Assembly (NCBI RefSeq): GCF_963506605.1
Contig: NC_083279.1
Span: 100,998,001-101,062,000 of the forward strand
Origin: Zootoca vivipara
Taxonomy: Eukaryota
Reading direction: 5' to 3'
DNA length: 64,000 nucleotides
In this document: positions 47,320 to 64,000 of the stretch, piece after piece
Position numbering within the stretch: position 1 is the first letter of the stretch
Layout of the letters: the number at the start of each line of letters is the position of its first letter
Translations under genes and position numbers: made by a program
Notes under the pieces: generated by a model
The model's database searches: none
Told to the model about the DNA's origin: nothing
The model's input: the letters and a program-made list of their open reading frames with translations, nothing else

Positions 47320-47570
47320 AATAGAGTTGAAAGGGATCCTGAGGGTAATCTACAACTGGATGTAGACCAAGGCAGAATAGAGCAGTACAATTACTTTCTG
47401 TGATTGGACCACTATAATTCTGCTGATGAAGCCTAGAACAGCATTGGCCTTTCTTTGCTGCTGCATCACATTGCTGACTCATGTTAAACCTGTGGTCCAC
47501 TAAGACCCCTAGATCCTTTTCACATGTACTACTGGCAAGCCAGATGTTCCACATATTATATTTGTGCAGC
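47320..47570 (-). mobile_element. CR1 RT fragment
   Basis: CEKDLGVLVDHRFNMSQQCDAAAKK peptide on -. Confidence 0.75.
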
Positions 47571-47689
47571 TGTTTTTTAAAATAAATAAATAAATCCCAA
47601 CAGTGCCATAAAAGGAAGAACTACCTCAGGTTAGAAGAGATTTTAAGTAGGAAAATAGATGGGAGAGCTTCCCCACTCACAAAGGTACT

Positions 47690-47998
47690 TAGATCATTAT
47701 GTTGATCTGGAAAGTGAAGAGTGTGTCTGTGTGTATGCTGGAAAAAATACTCTTGTTCCCAAGAGCACCTGTTGGCTATCCAGGGGAGAGGGAGGCATCC
47801 ATGCCCATAGAGGTCTTTGAAAGCAACTGGCGGAGGCTGAAGGGAATTAGAAGCCTCCTCTTGGGTGCTGACCAGACTGACCTATAAATAAGACCTGGCA
47901 GCAGTTCCCTCCACCGGATCCTAGAGAGGCTGGCAGGAGCACTGGGCACAGCATGGCCACTTCTTCAAAGAGAGATTCTGCAATCTGCTAAGGTGAGT
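47690..47998 (+). promoter_or_regulatory. Probable promoter and non-coding first exon of OR 50075
   Basis: CATTA homeodomain core, O/E-like TTCCCAAGAG and TCCAGGGGA, TATAAATA 47883-47890, donor AAG|GTGAGT at 47993. Confidence 0.5.
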
Positions 47999-50074
47999 GA
48001 CTATAGTTAGCCTCAGGCAGGTTATATTACCCAGGTACTGTTCTCCTATAAGAGCTGGTGATGACTCCCTCAGGTGGATGCAGAAGCAGCATGGAAGGCA
48101 GAGGTGACCGTCTCCATAGCCTGTGTCTTCACCCAGCCAGTGGGATTGGGCTTTTTAGGGCTAGAATTACAGTCAATTGCATGAAAGAATACATTCTCCC
48201 TTGAAGACCTGCTGAGACTTTGGACCCAGCTTGGAAAGTAAGCTGGGCTGGCTTTTAAAGACAGGGAAGTATAGGCTGAGAGGCAAAGGCTGCTGTTAAA
48301 ACATCAATTTAATCTTTTAGCTGAAAGCCCCCTTGCTAGGTCTGGGGCGATGGATGCAGCAATGCTTTTGAATTACAGGTGCTGGAAACCACAGGAGGTG
48401 AGAGAGGTGGTCCTCAGGTCCTTCTTGCAGCTTTCCCACAGGCATTTGACTGGCCATTCACTGTAAGAATATGATGCTGGACTAGTTGGGACCCCACTGG
48501 CCTGATCCAGAAGGGCTCATCTTATATTCTTATGCATACTCTCTAAGGGAAAGCAAGAGTGAGCTTTCAACACATAACTGATATGCCCAACAGAGACATG
48601 TCATGTCATAATGTATTAGGAAAACAGATTCTGTAGAAGCTGGCAATATGAATTTGACATCTAGTCCACAGATTACCTGTGCAAATTCCACAAAGGATTT
48701 ACTTGTTGTTTAACGTTCTCCACATGCACACACCCCTGGATAATTCCCTAGGGAAGAGCATCACATCAGAAATGAGCCAGGAATAGACAGGCAAAGCAGA
48801 TGAAGCAAGGCGGGTGAGACTTCTGTTTTTGATGTTTTCCAAGCTCCTCCCTCAGGAAGCTTGAAGCATCTACTAAGTTAAAACAATAAAATCACACGGC
48901 TGGGTCTTAAACTGTTAATCATGTTAAGTACTGTATATGTCTCTGTAAAATAGATGGGCTTATTTTGAGAAAAAGTAGAGTTGGCACCTTTTTTCTGCTG
49001 TATCTCATGTCAGAATCTCCTGTCTCTTGCTACCTTATGCCTTTGACTGGAGATGCCGCTAGGAATTGAGCCTGGGACCTCCTGCATATTTATTTATTTA
49101 TTTCTTAAATTTATATACCTTACCACCTTTTATTTCAAGGAGCTCATGGTGGTGTACCTGGTTCTCATCTCCCCATTTCACCCTCACATCAACCCTGTGA
49201 GGTAGGTGAGGCTGAGAGACAGTGACTTGTCCGAGATTGCCCAGTATGTTTCATGGCCAGGTGGGGATTTGAACTCCTGGGCCCTGCAACTGGACTATGG
49301 GTCCTCACTATTTACATATCCAGTTGGGGAAAGCTGCATCTGTGAACTTTTGCCAGGTATCCAGCTGTTAAAAGGCCTCAGGAGCCTTATCGCCAGCTGC
49401 TACTCTTATACCAGCAAAGTAAGAAGGGGCAGATTTTTCAAAAATCAAATTTGCACAATAGCTGCTTAGGTCAAAGCAAATCTTTCCCCTGGAGCAGAAG
49501 AGGCAGGCTGAAGAGTGTCACAGAATCATAGAGTTGGAAGGTATCCCAAGGGTCATCTAGTCCAACCCTCTGCAATGCCAGAACAGCTAGTGAGGAACAA
49601 CAAGGCAGGAGACAGCAGAAGCAGCTGGGGGGGGGGGGGGTTGGCTGAGATAACTATACACATTTTGCAACTTGACTAAATGAAGAAAATATCACTGAAT
49701 GCTCAATTAACGTTAGCATCCTTTAAATGTAGGCAGCCAGGCACACTAGAGGATAAACAGCTCTGAGTGAGCACTGGTATCTATCACATTCCTGAGTGCT
49801 GTTACCCCACACTTAAATTTTCAACTGTTGTATCCCTGCCAACCTTCACCATCAGGCCCTGCTGAAAGCTTGTATTTCTTCCTGCCAGCAGGAATGGGGT
49901 TGAGGCTAATTTATACCTGCTGGTGGAAACAAGACCTCAAAATGGTGATGTGAAATTTTGCTGGATGCAGAACATGCCCGTTAACTGTTGCCTGCCTCCC
50001 CTACCTCCAGATTAACAAGAAGCTTCTCCTTTGCACAGGCCATAGGAGGAGTCCCAAGGCCCCTCCAGTCTAAT

Positions 50075-51034
50075 ATGTCTGCCTCTGGCAGCACCTACAA
50101 TGGCACCCTACACCCTTCAATCTTCCTCCTGCTGGGGATCCCAGGGCTGGAGGCGGCCCACGTCTGGCTGGCCATCCCCCTCTGCTTCATCTACGTGGTG
50201 ACTGTGTTGGGGAACTGCACCATCATGTTCATCATCTGGGTGGAAGAGATCTTGCATGAGCCCATGTACTTATTCCTCTGCATGCTGGCTGTCGTTGACC
50301 TGGCTGCATCTACCACTGTTGTGCCCAAAATGCTTTGCCTCTTCTGGTTTGGCTCACGAGAGATTCGCTTCGAAGCCTGCTTGACGCAGATGTTCTGCAT
50401 CCATGCGCTGTCCATCATCGAGTCAGCCGTTTTGTTGGCCATGGCCTTTGACCGCTACATGGCCATCTGCCAGCCACTGCGCTATGCGGCCATCCTCACA
50501 AATCCTGCCATCGTGAAGATTGGCTGCTTGGCAGTTGCCAGGGGAGCCATTCTGACTGCCCCATTCCCCATCCTTGCCAGCAGGCTGCCCTACTGCCGAA
50601 CCAATGTCGTCCCCCACACCTACTGTGAGCACATGGGCATCGTCAGGCTGGCCTGCTCTGGCACTGTGATCAGTAACATGTACGGCTTGACCGTGGCCTT
50701 GCTGGTGGTGGGTCTGGATTTAATGTTCATCGGTGTGTCCTATGCAAAGATCATTGTGACCGTGCTGAGGCTGCCATCTCGGGAGGCCCAGGCCAAGGCC
50801 TTCAACACCTGTGGCTCCCACATCTGTGTGATTGTCTTGGCCTACACACCTGCCCTCTTCTCCTTCCTCACACACCGCTTTGGCCACAACGTGGCCCCCT
50901 ACATTCATATCCTCATCGGCAACTTCTATATTCTGGTGCCTCCCTTCTGCAATCCTATTGTCTATGGTGTGAAGACCAAGCTGATCCGTGAAAAGGTGGT
51001 CAGCTTACTCCTGAGGAGAAAAGATGTCTCCTAA
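50075..51034 (+). CDS. Class I olfactory receptor, OR52-like (319 aa from ATG at 50075)
   Basis: The ORF-track start at 49988 is a TTG upstream of acceptor CTTCTCCTTTGCACAG (ends 50038); first ATG is 50075 (MSASGSTYNGT). LHEPMY, MAFDRYMAICQPLRY, HTYCEHMGIVRLAC, KAFNTCGSH, THRFG. Confidence 0.93.
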   Translation: MSASGSTYNGTLHPSIFLLLGIPGLEAAHVWLAIPLCFIYVVTVLGNCTIMFIIWVEEILHEPMYLFLCMLAVVDLAASTTVVPKMLCLFWFGSREIRFEACLTQMFCIHALSIIESAVLLAMAFDRYMAICQPLRYAAILTNPAIVKIGCLAVARGAILTAPFPILASRLPYCRTNVVPHTYCEHMGIVRLACSGTVISNMYGLTVALLVVGLDLMFIGVSYAKIIVTVLRLPSREAQAKAFNTCGSHICVIVLAYTPALFSFLTHRFGHNVAPYIHILIGNFYILVPPFCNPIVYGVKTKLIREKVVSLLLRRKDVS

Positions 51035-53750
51035 AAAAAAAGGTGGCTAGTGATGCATCCAGACACTTACTGGTGGGGCTGTGAATGCCAAAAAGAAAAA
51101 AGAAAGGACACAAATCCAGTCGCTCTTGATCTTGGACCAGAATCATATCTCTTATGAAGTGTATAAACATTTACAATATACCCATAATTAAAATATGCAC
51201 TAAAACAACACAGTACTTAAAGCAGGAGAGACAGGCTGAGAGATCAAGGGAAGGCAGATGCAGATAGGTGCCAATACACAAGCGGTTTCTTGTATTTCAA
51301 CAGGGAGTGCATTCAATTACACCAGGGCCACAAGTGTCCCCTAAAAACAAATAATGATTAGGCCAAGACAAGACTAGCCAAATTCTATTTGTTGATCTTA
51401 ATCCCCTTTAGCAGGTACCGGAGGGGAATACAATCTTCCAGATAATTCAAGGTGTTGGTCCTAACACACAAGTCCTTATGCAGCTCAGGACCAAGTTACT
51501 TGAGAGTTATTTCTTATCCACACGGTAGATCACTCTAGTCTGCAAGAGAGTTTCTTTTGCAAGTTTCAAAGATCTCAAAAGCCTCCTCCGCAGTGACTCA
51601 GAGCAAGGCTTTTAGAATGGCTGCCCTTGGTCTGTGGAATAGGGTACTTCTCAAGGTAACAACAGGTGCCTGCTACCTGCACATTCTGGAAATGACTGAA
51701 TACATTTTTGTTCCCACAGACTTTCTCAGCTGGATAAATGGATTTTTACCACAAAACTTCATTGTTTTAAATGAATTTGTATTGTGTTTTTGCCTGTTTT
51801 TAATTACATTGTGTGTAAATTGAGACAGTGGTTTAGAAGATATTAAATAACAACAACAACTTGTACAGAGCTGTTTAGAGCTTACACACACATCAGGCCT
51901 TAATATTGGCTTGCTGACTAACAGGCAGACAGTGAGTAGATCCTTTAGCATGGATATATGTGATTGGTAAAGGGCCCTACTCACCACCATGAACTCAGCG
52001 TTTTGCACCAACTCCAGGCTCCAGGCGCATATACCAGGGCATATGTCACAATGGCCTAGGGATAAAGAATAAATTTGATTCAGTTTGCATCTAAAGGCTA
52101 ACCTAACTAACTTGCAGTTCACAAAAAAAGAGCTGAAAAGCAGGCACCCTTCAAAATTCACACTTCTCCAGATTTTGCAATGCAGTTCTCCAACCAAGTT
52201 ATGGGTATAAGAATGCATGTACTGGGGAAAGTGTGTGAGCAAATGCATACATCACTGAAAATAACAAACAAAGATACATCAGGGGAAATACACTTAGCAA
52301 AATATGTGTGTATATATGTGTTATGTGAAACTGCATATGGTTCTAATTCATACAGGGGATTCCCACCATCACCACATATCAAACATTGTGTGTTCAAAAG
52401 CTTTTGAGGAGGTTGCAAGACCTGGAAAAAGCTTTTGTAGTTAGATTTCCAAACAAATGAATGGCCACATGCTCCTGGGGTTGCTGGCCTACATGCTTCC
52501 AAGGAGAAAGCGTGATCTCCCTCTCTAGTATTGTCACAGAAGTTTCAGGACAACCATGCTGTATTCTTTTCGACCCTCTGCTAAAAACATTTTTGTCTGT
52601 ACAAGCCTGTCCAGATGTTTAGAAAGTTGGTGCAAGTTTAAATGTTTTGCTTCTGGTCTATTGTTATCTTTTCAAAAGTTTTATTTTAAAATGCTTACGT
52701 GGCAGGTAAGTTCCATGGGGACGCATTTCCAAAAAGACCGTAAAATACTTAAAAGTCTCCTTTGTTGGAAGGCAGAGAGAAATTGTTATTGAAAATGTGT
52801 AATTTCTTGTTAGAATGGTTTACAAAAAGATGAATTGACAAAATAAGTGATGATAAAATGGGCAAAGGAATTTGGGTATAATATTGAATATGACGTGGTT
52901 GAAATTATGGAATGAAACAATGAAATTTACTGCATGTACCGCCTTGAAGGAAAATGTAATGAAAATGTAGTATAGATGGTATTTAACACCGGTGAAATTA
53001 GCTAAAATGTATAGGATGAGTAACAGAACATGTTGGAAATGTAAAGATAAAGATGGTAAATTTTATCATATGTGGTGGACATGCGAGAAAGTAAAAGGAT
53101 ATTGGGAAATGATATATAATGAGTTGAAAAAAATGTTTAAGTATACCTTTCCCAAAAACCCCGAAGCATTTTTATTAGGTTTAATGGGAGAAGAAATTGC
53201 AAATGGAGATCAGAGACTGTTAATGTATGCTACAACTGCAGCGAGGACTTTACTAGCCCAAAAGTGGAAATCACAGGAGATAACAACGATTGAGGAGTGG
53301 CAAATGAAGATGATGGACTATGCTGAACTGGCAAAGTTGATCTACGGGATCCGAAACCAGGGAGAGACAAAGTTCCAGAGGGAATGGAGTAAATTTATTG
53401 ACTATATAGAGAAGAAGTGTAGAAGTTTCAAGACACTTAGAATCATAGAGTTGGAAGCGACCACAAGGGCCATCCAGTCGAACCCCCTGCCAAGCAGGAA
53501 ATGCCATCAAAGCATTCCTGACAGATGGCTGTCAAGCCTCCGCTTAAAGACCTCCAAAGAAGGAGACTCCACCACACTCCTTGGCAGCAAATTCCACCAC
53601 CGAACAGCTCTTACTGTCAGGAAGTTCTTCCTAATGTTTAGGTGGAATCTTCTTTCTTGTAGTTTGAATCCATTGCTCTGTGTCCGCTTCTCTGGAGCAG
53701 CAGAAAACAACCTTTCTCCCTCCTTTATATGACATCCTTTTACTGGTATA

Positions 53751-54145
53751 CAGTGGTACCTCGGTTTATAAACACAATTGGTTTCAGAAGTCTGTTCATA
53801 AACTGAAGCAAACTTTCCCATTGAAAGTAATGGAAAGTGAATTAATCCGTTCCAGATGGTCCACAGAGTACTTAAACTGAAGCGTTCATAAACTGAAGCG
53901 AACTTTCCCATTGAAAGTAATGGAAAGTAGATTAATCCGTTCCAGACGGGTCCGCGGAGTGCTCAACCTGAAGCGTACTTAACCCGAAGCATGGGTGTAA
54001 TTGGTTCCGGAAGTCTGTTCATAAACTGAAGCGAACTTTCCCATTGAAAGTAATGGAAAGTGAATTAATCCGTTCCAGATGTGTCCGCGGCGTTCATAAA
54101 CCGAAAATTCATAAACCGAGGTGTTCATAAACCGAGGTTCCACTG
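53751..54145. mobile_element. Tc1/mariner (Tigger/pogo-like) MITE inside CR1
   Basis: TIRs CAGTGGTACCTCGGTTTAT / ATAAACCGAGGTTCCACTG, TA on both sides; internal unit of about 63 bp present three times. Confidence 0.85.
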
Positions 54146-54261
54146 TATATTTGAACATGGCTGTCATATCACCCCTTAACCTTCTCTTCTCCAGGCTAAA
54201 CATACCCAGCTCCTTAAGCTGTTCCTCATAAGGCATCGTTTCCAGGCCTTTGACCATTTTG

Positions 54262-54422
54262 GTTGTTGTTGTTTAGTCGTTTAGTCGTGTCCGACTCTTC
54301 GTGACCCCATGGACCAGAGCACGCCAGGCACTCCTGTCTTCCACTGCCTCCCGCAGTTTGGTCAAACTCATGTTCGTAGCTTCGAGAACACTGTCCAACC
54401 ATCTCGTCCTTTGTCGTCCCCT
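54262..54422 (-). mobile_element. Bov-B 3' fragment inside CR1
   Basis: Reverse complement of the Bov-B 3' end and tail seen at 32450-32600. Confidence 0.88.
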
Positions 54423-56211
54423 TTGCTACGGACATACCCATAAAAGCCCTTTTTGTTGCTTTTAACCTCTCTAGCAAGCCTGAGTTCATTCTGTGCTTTA
54501 GCTTTTCTGACTTTGTCTCTACACGTGCTGGCTATTGGTTTGAATTCCTCTCTGGTGACTTCCCCATTTTTCATTTTTTTACATCCCTTTTAAATCTTAA
54601 CGCAGTTAAAAGTTCTACAGAACTTTTAACTGCGTGACTGAAATAAATCCTACGATGTGAACTTGTTAATTTCTACACAAAGGAACTGTGAGATGAGAGG
54701 AGCAATAAAACCGAATGGTGGGAGGGAGGGAAGTCACAAGCTCGGCAGAGCAAAAGGATTGAGAAGGGTGAATTTAAGATGAAATGTAATTTGTTTTGTT
54801 TATTTGGAAAATATAATAAAAATTATTTTTTTTACAAAAAAAAAGTCTCCTTCACCAGAACCTACAGATGTGCTGGCAGCTGGACAAAGGTAGCTGGGAC
54901 ATCCTGACCTCTGAGATTATGGGCACCTGGGAGCCAAAGTTGCATCCTGGCTCCCTCCAAAAACAATAAACCCACTTCAGCCATTTTCAATTTACATTTC
55001 TTTTTTTAAAAGTCTTCATGCTTTTTACCAATATTCTTACGGGGTGTTTTTGGAAACTGCTTTGAGGTTTGCTTGTTTCAATCAAGTGGTATATAAAATT
55101 TATAAAATAAATAAGATAAAACAAACATTTAAACCCCGGCCAACATTTTGAAAAAAATGTTTTCTTTTTGCTAATTAATTCATGAGGATTTTTGTTTTGT
55201 AAACTGCTTTGAGGTGTTAACAATTTTTTTCCCAATCGAGAAATGCATAAATGTCATGAGCTAAATAAAATAAGCATGTAGCATTGAGGTTTTTTAAAGT
55301 GTTGACTGGGCATCAGCCAGAGCCTCACGCTGGCAAAGGGAGAGTTTTGTTCTGTCTTAATTTTAGGACCTGCATTCCCCCCCCCCAACCCACCATTTTA
55401 ATTTTGTCAGGCTTCACTTGCTTTTTAACCGCCACCTTCTCTGCGTTTTAGCACAGCTGCATTTCACCTGCGCTGTTTTCATTATTTTCTTTCGCCAGGT
55501 AATATTTCTTAGTTTTTCAAATCAATGCCAAATTAGACCAAACTGTGTGGCGTTTCCGTTCGCCCAAAGCTGCCATGAGTCCCGTCCCCGTCCCCCCGTC
55601 CCCATTATTATTTATTATATAAATAACACACGTTAATTTCCCTCAGGAAGGTCACGGGAAACGCCTCACTTTCCTCTCACACAAAGCGGCGGGAAGGCAT
55701 CGCCTAAAAATACATAACTAAAAAAAATGAATGAGTGGCTGCTATGATTCCTTTTACGAGGAGAAAGGAAATGTGGGACGTTTTTCTCTTCAACAGCATT
55801 GAAGGGGTTTTTCTTTAAAAAAATATTTTTCTCCTCAGGTTCTTCTGCCCCTCCCCCCTCCCCCGCCTTCCCGCGTCTCGCGACCGCGCTGCGCGCGCCG
55901 ACGCCCCACACAACCATGGCCGCGGCAGCTTCCCGCGACGTCTCTAAGGGAAGAAGGGGGCGGAACCTCAGAGGGGAAAACTGAGCGCTTCGCCTACCCG
56001 CCTTCGCTCTACGCGATGACGACAGGGCGAACACGCGCTTCTCCCCGCTCGCCCCGCCTACTAGTCTGCCCGCCTCTTTCTCCCCGCCGCTCTGTATGGT
56101 CGGCACGGAGGAGCTCAGCTGACGTCACTCCCCGCGGCTCTTCCCCCCCCTCCACGGCGATAAGTTTCCCGTCATCCCCCGCGCTTCCTCCTTTCGCCTC
56201 GCGCGGCCAAG

Positions 56212-61196
<4,985 letters not shown>

Positions 61197-61229
61197 AGTG
61201 GCTCCTCATGGCTCTCCTTGGGATGCTCA

Positions 61230-61235
61230 AATAAA
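61230..61235 (+). terminator. RPS11 polyadenylation signal AATAAA
   Basis: 33 nt after the stop codon, followed by T/GT-rich sequence; short 3'UTR typical of ribosomal protein genes. Confidence 0.85.
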
Positions 61236-62408
61236 CCTTTTGTAAAGACCTTTGATTTTGTTATATCTGCTTGTATCATCTGCTGCTGCCAGAATTTGTT
61301 CCAAGAAAAGAGAACTCAGTAAGGCATGCCTAGAAACAAATAAGGGTGCCATTGGTAAATCAAGTGCCAACAGGGATAGCAATTAAGCATGGTGCCAAAA
61401 GTAGGAAATCATCTTGGTGGGAAGTTAATTCTAAAGAAGAACAAGTTCTTCAATTGTTAGGCAGGCAGCATCTCCTTTCATTTCTAGTGACGCTGAAAAT
61501 AATCTGCAGCTTTGCTGCCTTGCAAGAAATCTGTGTAGATGATTGTGCTGGTGACCTAGCTATTTTCTTTTTTAGGATAGAGTTTCAGAGTTAAAGGAAC
61601 CGTGCTCATCTGTTGCTTTGGCCTGGATAAATGCCCCTGTGTTTCATCTGCATTACTTGAAAGTAAGGCTGCCTGGTGGTTATGTTTTGAAGGGCAAAAA
61701 GGGGTTTGCTTGTCATATCTAACCCACCAGCAGGGGAGTTGATTGGGTTTTTAAGAAACATTTTAAAAATGCCAATTGTGTTTCTTATAGAACCTCTGGA
61801 GACTGTTCTTCTTGCCTGGGTAAAATGGCTTAGAATAGTGTTTCCTTAACTACAGCACTAATGCTTGGGGGGGGGGGGGGACAAGCATTGCGAACCTAAT
61901 TTAATAAAGAGGTCTCAGCTGCTGCAGATTAAGTAACCAGAGTTTGGAAAGGGACAGGGATCATGCTGGGGCTTCCTAAGGATTGTAGCACAGTGAGATG
62001 CCACTCAACAAATAAATGTTCATTGACCATATATGTGTCATTCCATGTTAGACATAAAACAGCTAAAACTGGTTCAAGAGCACACATGATTTCAGGAGAG
62101 CCACAACAAGCAACCAGCATTCCTTCTCACCTGGTGACTAGCCACATAGTAGAGTTGTACCTTGGATCGCAAATGCCTTGCCTCCCAAACAAGTCTGCTT
62201 GTGAATGATCGAAACCCAGAAGTGAGTGTTCCAGTTTTTGAACCATTTTCAGAAGCCGAACTTCCGTGGCTTCAAGTTGGCTGCAGGACACTCCTGCCGC
62301 CAATTGGAAGCAGTGGCAGGCAAACAGAATCATGAAAACTTGGGAAGCAGAAGTTTGTTATTCTAAGTTTCATAGTCCACCTTTCATCTAAAAGTTGTGG
62401 GGTGGGAT

Positions 62409-62638
62409 AAAAGGTAAAGGAACCCCTGACCATTAGGTCCAGTCGTGACCGACTCTGGTTGCGGCGCTCATCTCGCGTTATTGGCCGAGGGAGCCAGCGT
62501 GCAGCTTTCAGGTCATGTGGCCAGCATGACAAAGCCGCTTCTGGCGAACCAGAGCAGCACATGGAAACACCGTTTACCTTCCCGCTTAGAGTGGTACCTA
62601 TTTATCTACTTGCACTTTGACGTGCTCTCGAACTGCAA
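62409..62638 (-). mobile_element. Sauria SINE 3' part
   Basis: AAAGGTAAAGGAACCCCTGACC...CGAACTGC. Confidence 0.88.
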
Positions 62639-63069
62639 GTGTGCCTTGGCCTTCCACCTTGTAACAGGTTTGAGCATGATGTGCGTCGGAGCCCCATCAC
62701 ATGGAAGGCAGTAACAACATGTCTCGATACAAGCTTTTAAAATGGGGCAACAAGGAGACTAATGTGCAAAGAAGGAACTTTGCTTGGTCTCAGCAATTCC
62801 AGCAATTCACTTCCACACAGTGGGGGCTACTTTGCCCCTTTTAAAGCTCATCCACACTCACCTTTGCACCATGCTCTTTAGGCACAGGCTCAACCTTTAA
62901 AGTTCCATGTCCGAGTGCGTCCCCCCAAAACTTCTTTGACCCAGAACTTTGCCTGGAAAACCTGCTCTTTAACACAGAGTCCGAACAAATGGTACCGTAA
63001 TTCGGGTTTTCTGTGGATTGCCGTTTGCTCTGATTCAGCAGTCAAAAGTGGGTCAAAAGAAATCTCCAA

Positions 63070-63295
63070 GGCAAGGGTCAGCAACCTTTTTCAGCCGTGG
63101 GCACCGTCCCTCAGACCATGCGGTGGGCCGGACTATATTTTTTTTGGGGGGGATGAATGAATTCCTATACCCCACAAATAACCCAGAGGTGGATTTTAAA
63201 TAAAAGCACACATTCTATTCATGTAAAAACACCAGGCACGCCCCACAAATAACCCAGAGATGCATTTTAAATAAAAGGACACATTCTTCTCATGT
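63070..63295. mobile_element. hAT-like non-autonomous element fragment with internal tandem repeat
   Basis: CAAGGGTCAGCAACCTTTT terminus; CCCCACAAATAACCCAGAG...TTTTAAATAAAAG unit present twice. Confidence 0.55.
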
Positions 63296-63422
63296 CCCTG
63301 AGATCTCTTGATGAAGGGCAGTATATCAACTTAATAAATAACCATAACAACCGCCATGCATTTTTAGTCCATTAAATCAGCAATTCAGCATTTCTGGAAG
63401 GGTAAATGGCATACTTTTGTAT

Positions 63423-63537
63423 ACAGGTAGGTAGCCGTGTTGGTCTGAGTCGAAGCAAAATAAAAAAATTCCTTCAGTAGCAACTAAGTTTTTATTTTGG
63501 TATGAGCTTTCGTGTGCATGCACACTTCGTCAGATAC
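63423..63537 (-). mobile_element. Penelope-like single-arm insertion
   Basis: Same family as 44093-44341; 12-bp TSD ATACTTTTGTAT at 63411-63422 and 63534-63545, overlapping the element end. Confidence 0.8.
63500..63537 (-). ncRNA. Minimal type I hammerhead ribozyme (Penelope-like element), intact core
   Basis: Reverse complement GTATCTGACGAAGTGTGCATGCACACGAAAGCTCATAC, identical to 44214-44251. Confidence 0.8.
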
Positions 63538-64000
63538 TTTTGTATGTTTGCATAGCAAGTATTGGTTATTCATGAGGAGAATATGATTTACTTATTTTGA
63601 ACTTCGCTTGGTTCCTCCTTGGTAGCCAGTGTGATTATTTCAGCAGGGTTAGAACTCGGGACCCGCTGCCTTGAGGGACATCTAAGAGCAGAATGGCAGG
63701 GGAAAGGTCTCCCTTTGGAGGTGATGGACTCTCCTTCCTTGGAGGTTTCTAAGCAGAGATCGGACAGCCACCTGCCATTAATGTTTTAGCTGAGATTCCT
63801 GCATTGCTGGGGGTTGGACTAGATGACCCTAGGATCCCCTCCTATCTCTCCACTCCTGAATTCGAGGAGGGGGTTCCTTGCTTCCTGCAAAGCCCTTTTC
63901 CCTGCAAGCTGTTCCTCTGGTTTCTGGCCAAGGGAGGGAGATGCTCAGAGCCCAACCAAGAGCCTCGCCTCCAAAAAGAATCTCTGGCCATTGGCATAGC

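Larger units (their letters stand above)
53439..54616 (-). mobile_element. CR1 LINE fragment inside the L1
   Basis: CR1 ORF2 peptides [15 protein letters not shown] and [30 protein letters not shown] on -; tail reads AGAATCATAG on +. Confidence 0.9.
52763..54840 (+). mobile_element. L1-clade LINE 3' part hosting nested insertions
   Basis: ORF2 C-terminal zinc knuckle CWKC...HMWWTC, 3'UTR with AATAAA and A tail; 12-bp TSD AAAAGTCTCCTT at 52751-52762 and 54841-54852 on a TT/AAAA site. Confidence 0.85.

Noticed and set aside
49988-50074. 29-aa N-terminal extension of the last OR52
   Set aside because: Begins at TTG and crosses a splice acceptor at 50038; the real start is probably ATG 50075.
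52992-53732. 246-aa ORF as a host gene
   Set aside because: L1 ORF2 C-terminus running into antisense CR1 sequence.
53794-54079. Three spaced repeats of about 63 bp resembling a CRISPR array
   Set aside because: Internal duplications of a TIR-bounded MITE in a vertebrate genome; the spacers are related to each other.

Overview
Vertebrate genomic DNA from a squamate, probably a lacertid lizard (inferred from Sauria SINE, Bov-B, CR1, L2 and Penelope-like repeats). Bases 1-51 kb hold nine intact, single-coding-exon class I olfactory receptor genes: six OR51-like (two on -, four on +) then three OR52-like (+). About 5 kb past the last OR lie a CpG island and a complete 5-exon RPS11 gene (158 aa, 5'TOP tract, AATAAA) with three intronic SNORD35 (U35) box C/D snoRNAs in introns 2, 3 and 4. 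Intergenic DNA is dense with transposons, many with target-site duplications (TSDs) readable by eye. The most unusual signals are short Penelope-like insertions carrying minimal hammerhead ribozymes, mostly as head-to-head fold-back pairs. One has an exact 41-nt copy of DNA from 1.1 kb downstream between its arms. A second fold-back family has an intron-like segment and a degenerate hammerhead-like core. Other points: mosaic similarity among OR51 paralogues, loss of ECL2 cysteines in four ORs, and a four-family transposon nest next to the RPS11 promoter. All comparisons were made by eye with no database searches; family names are from recognition.
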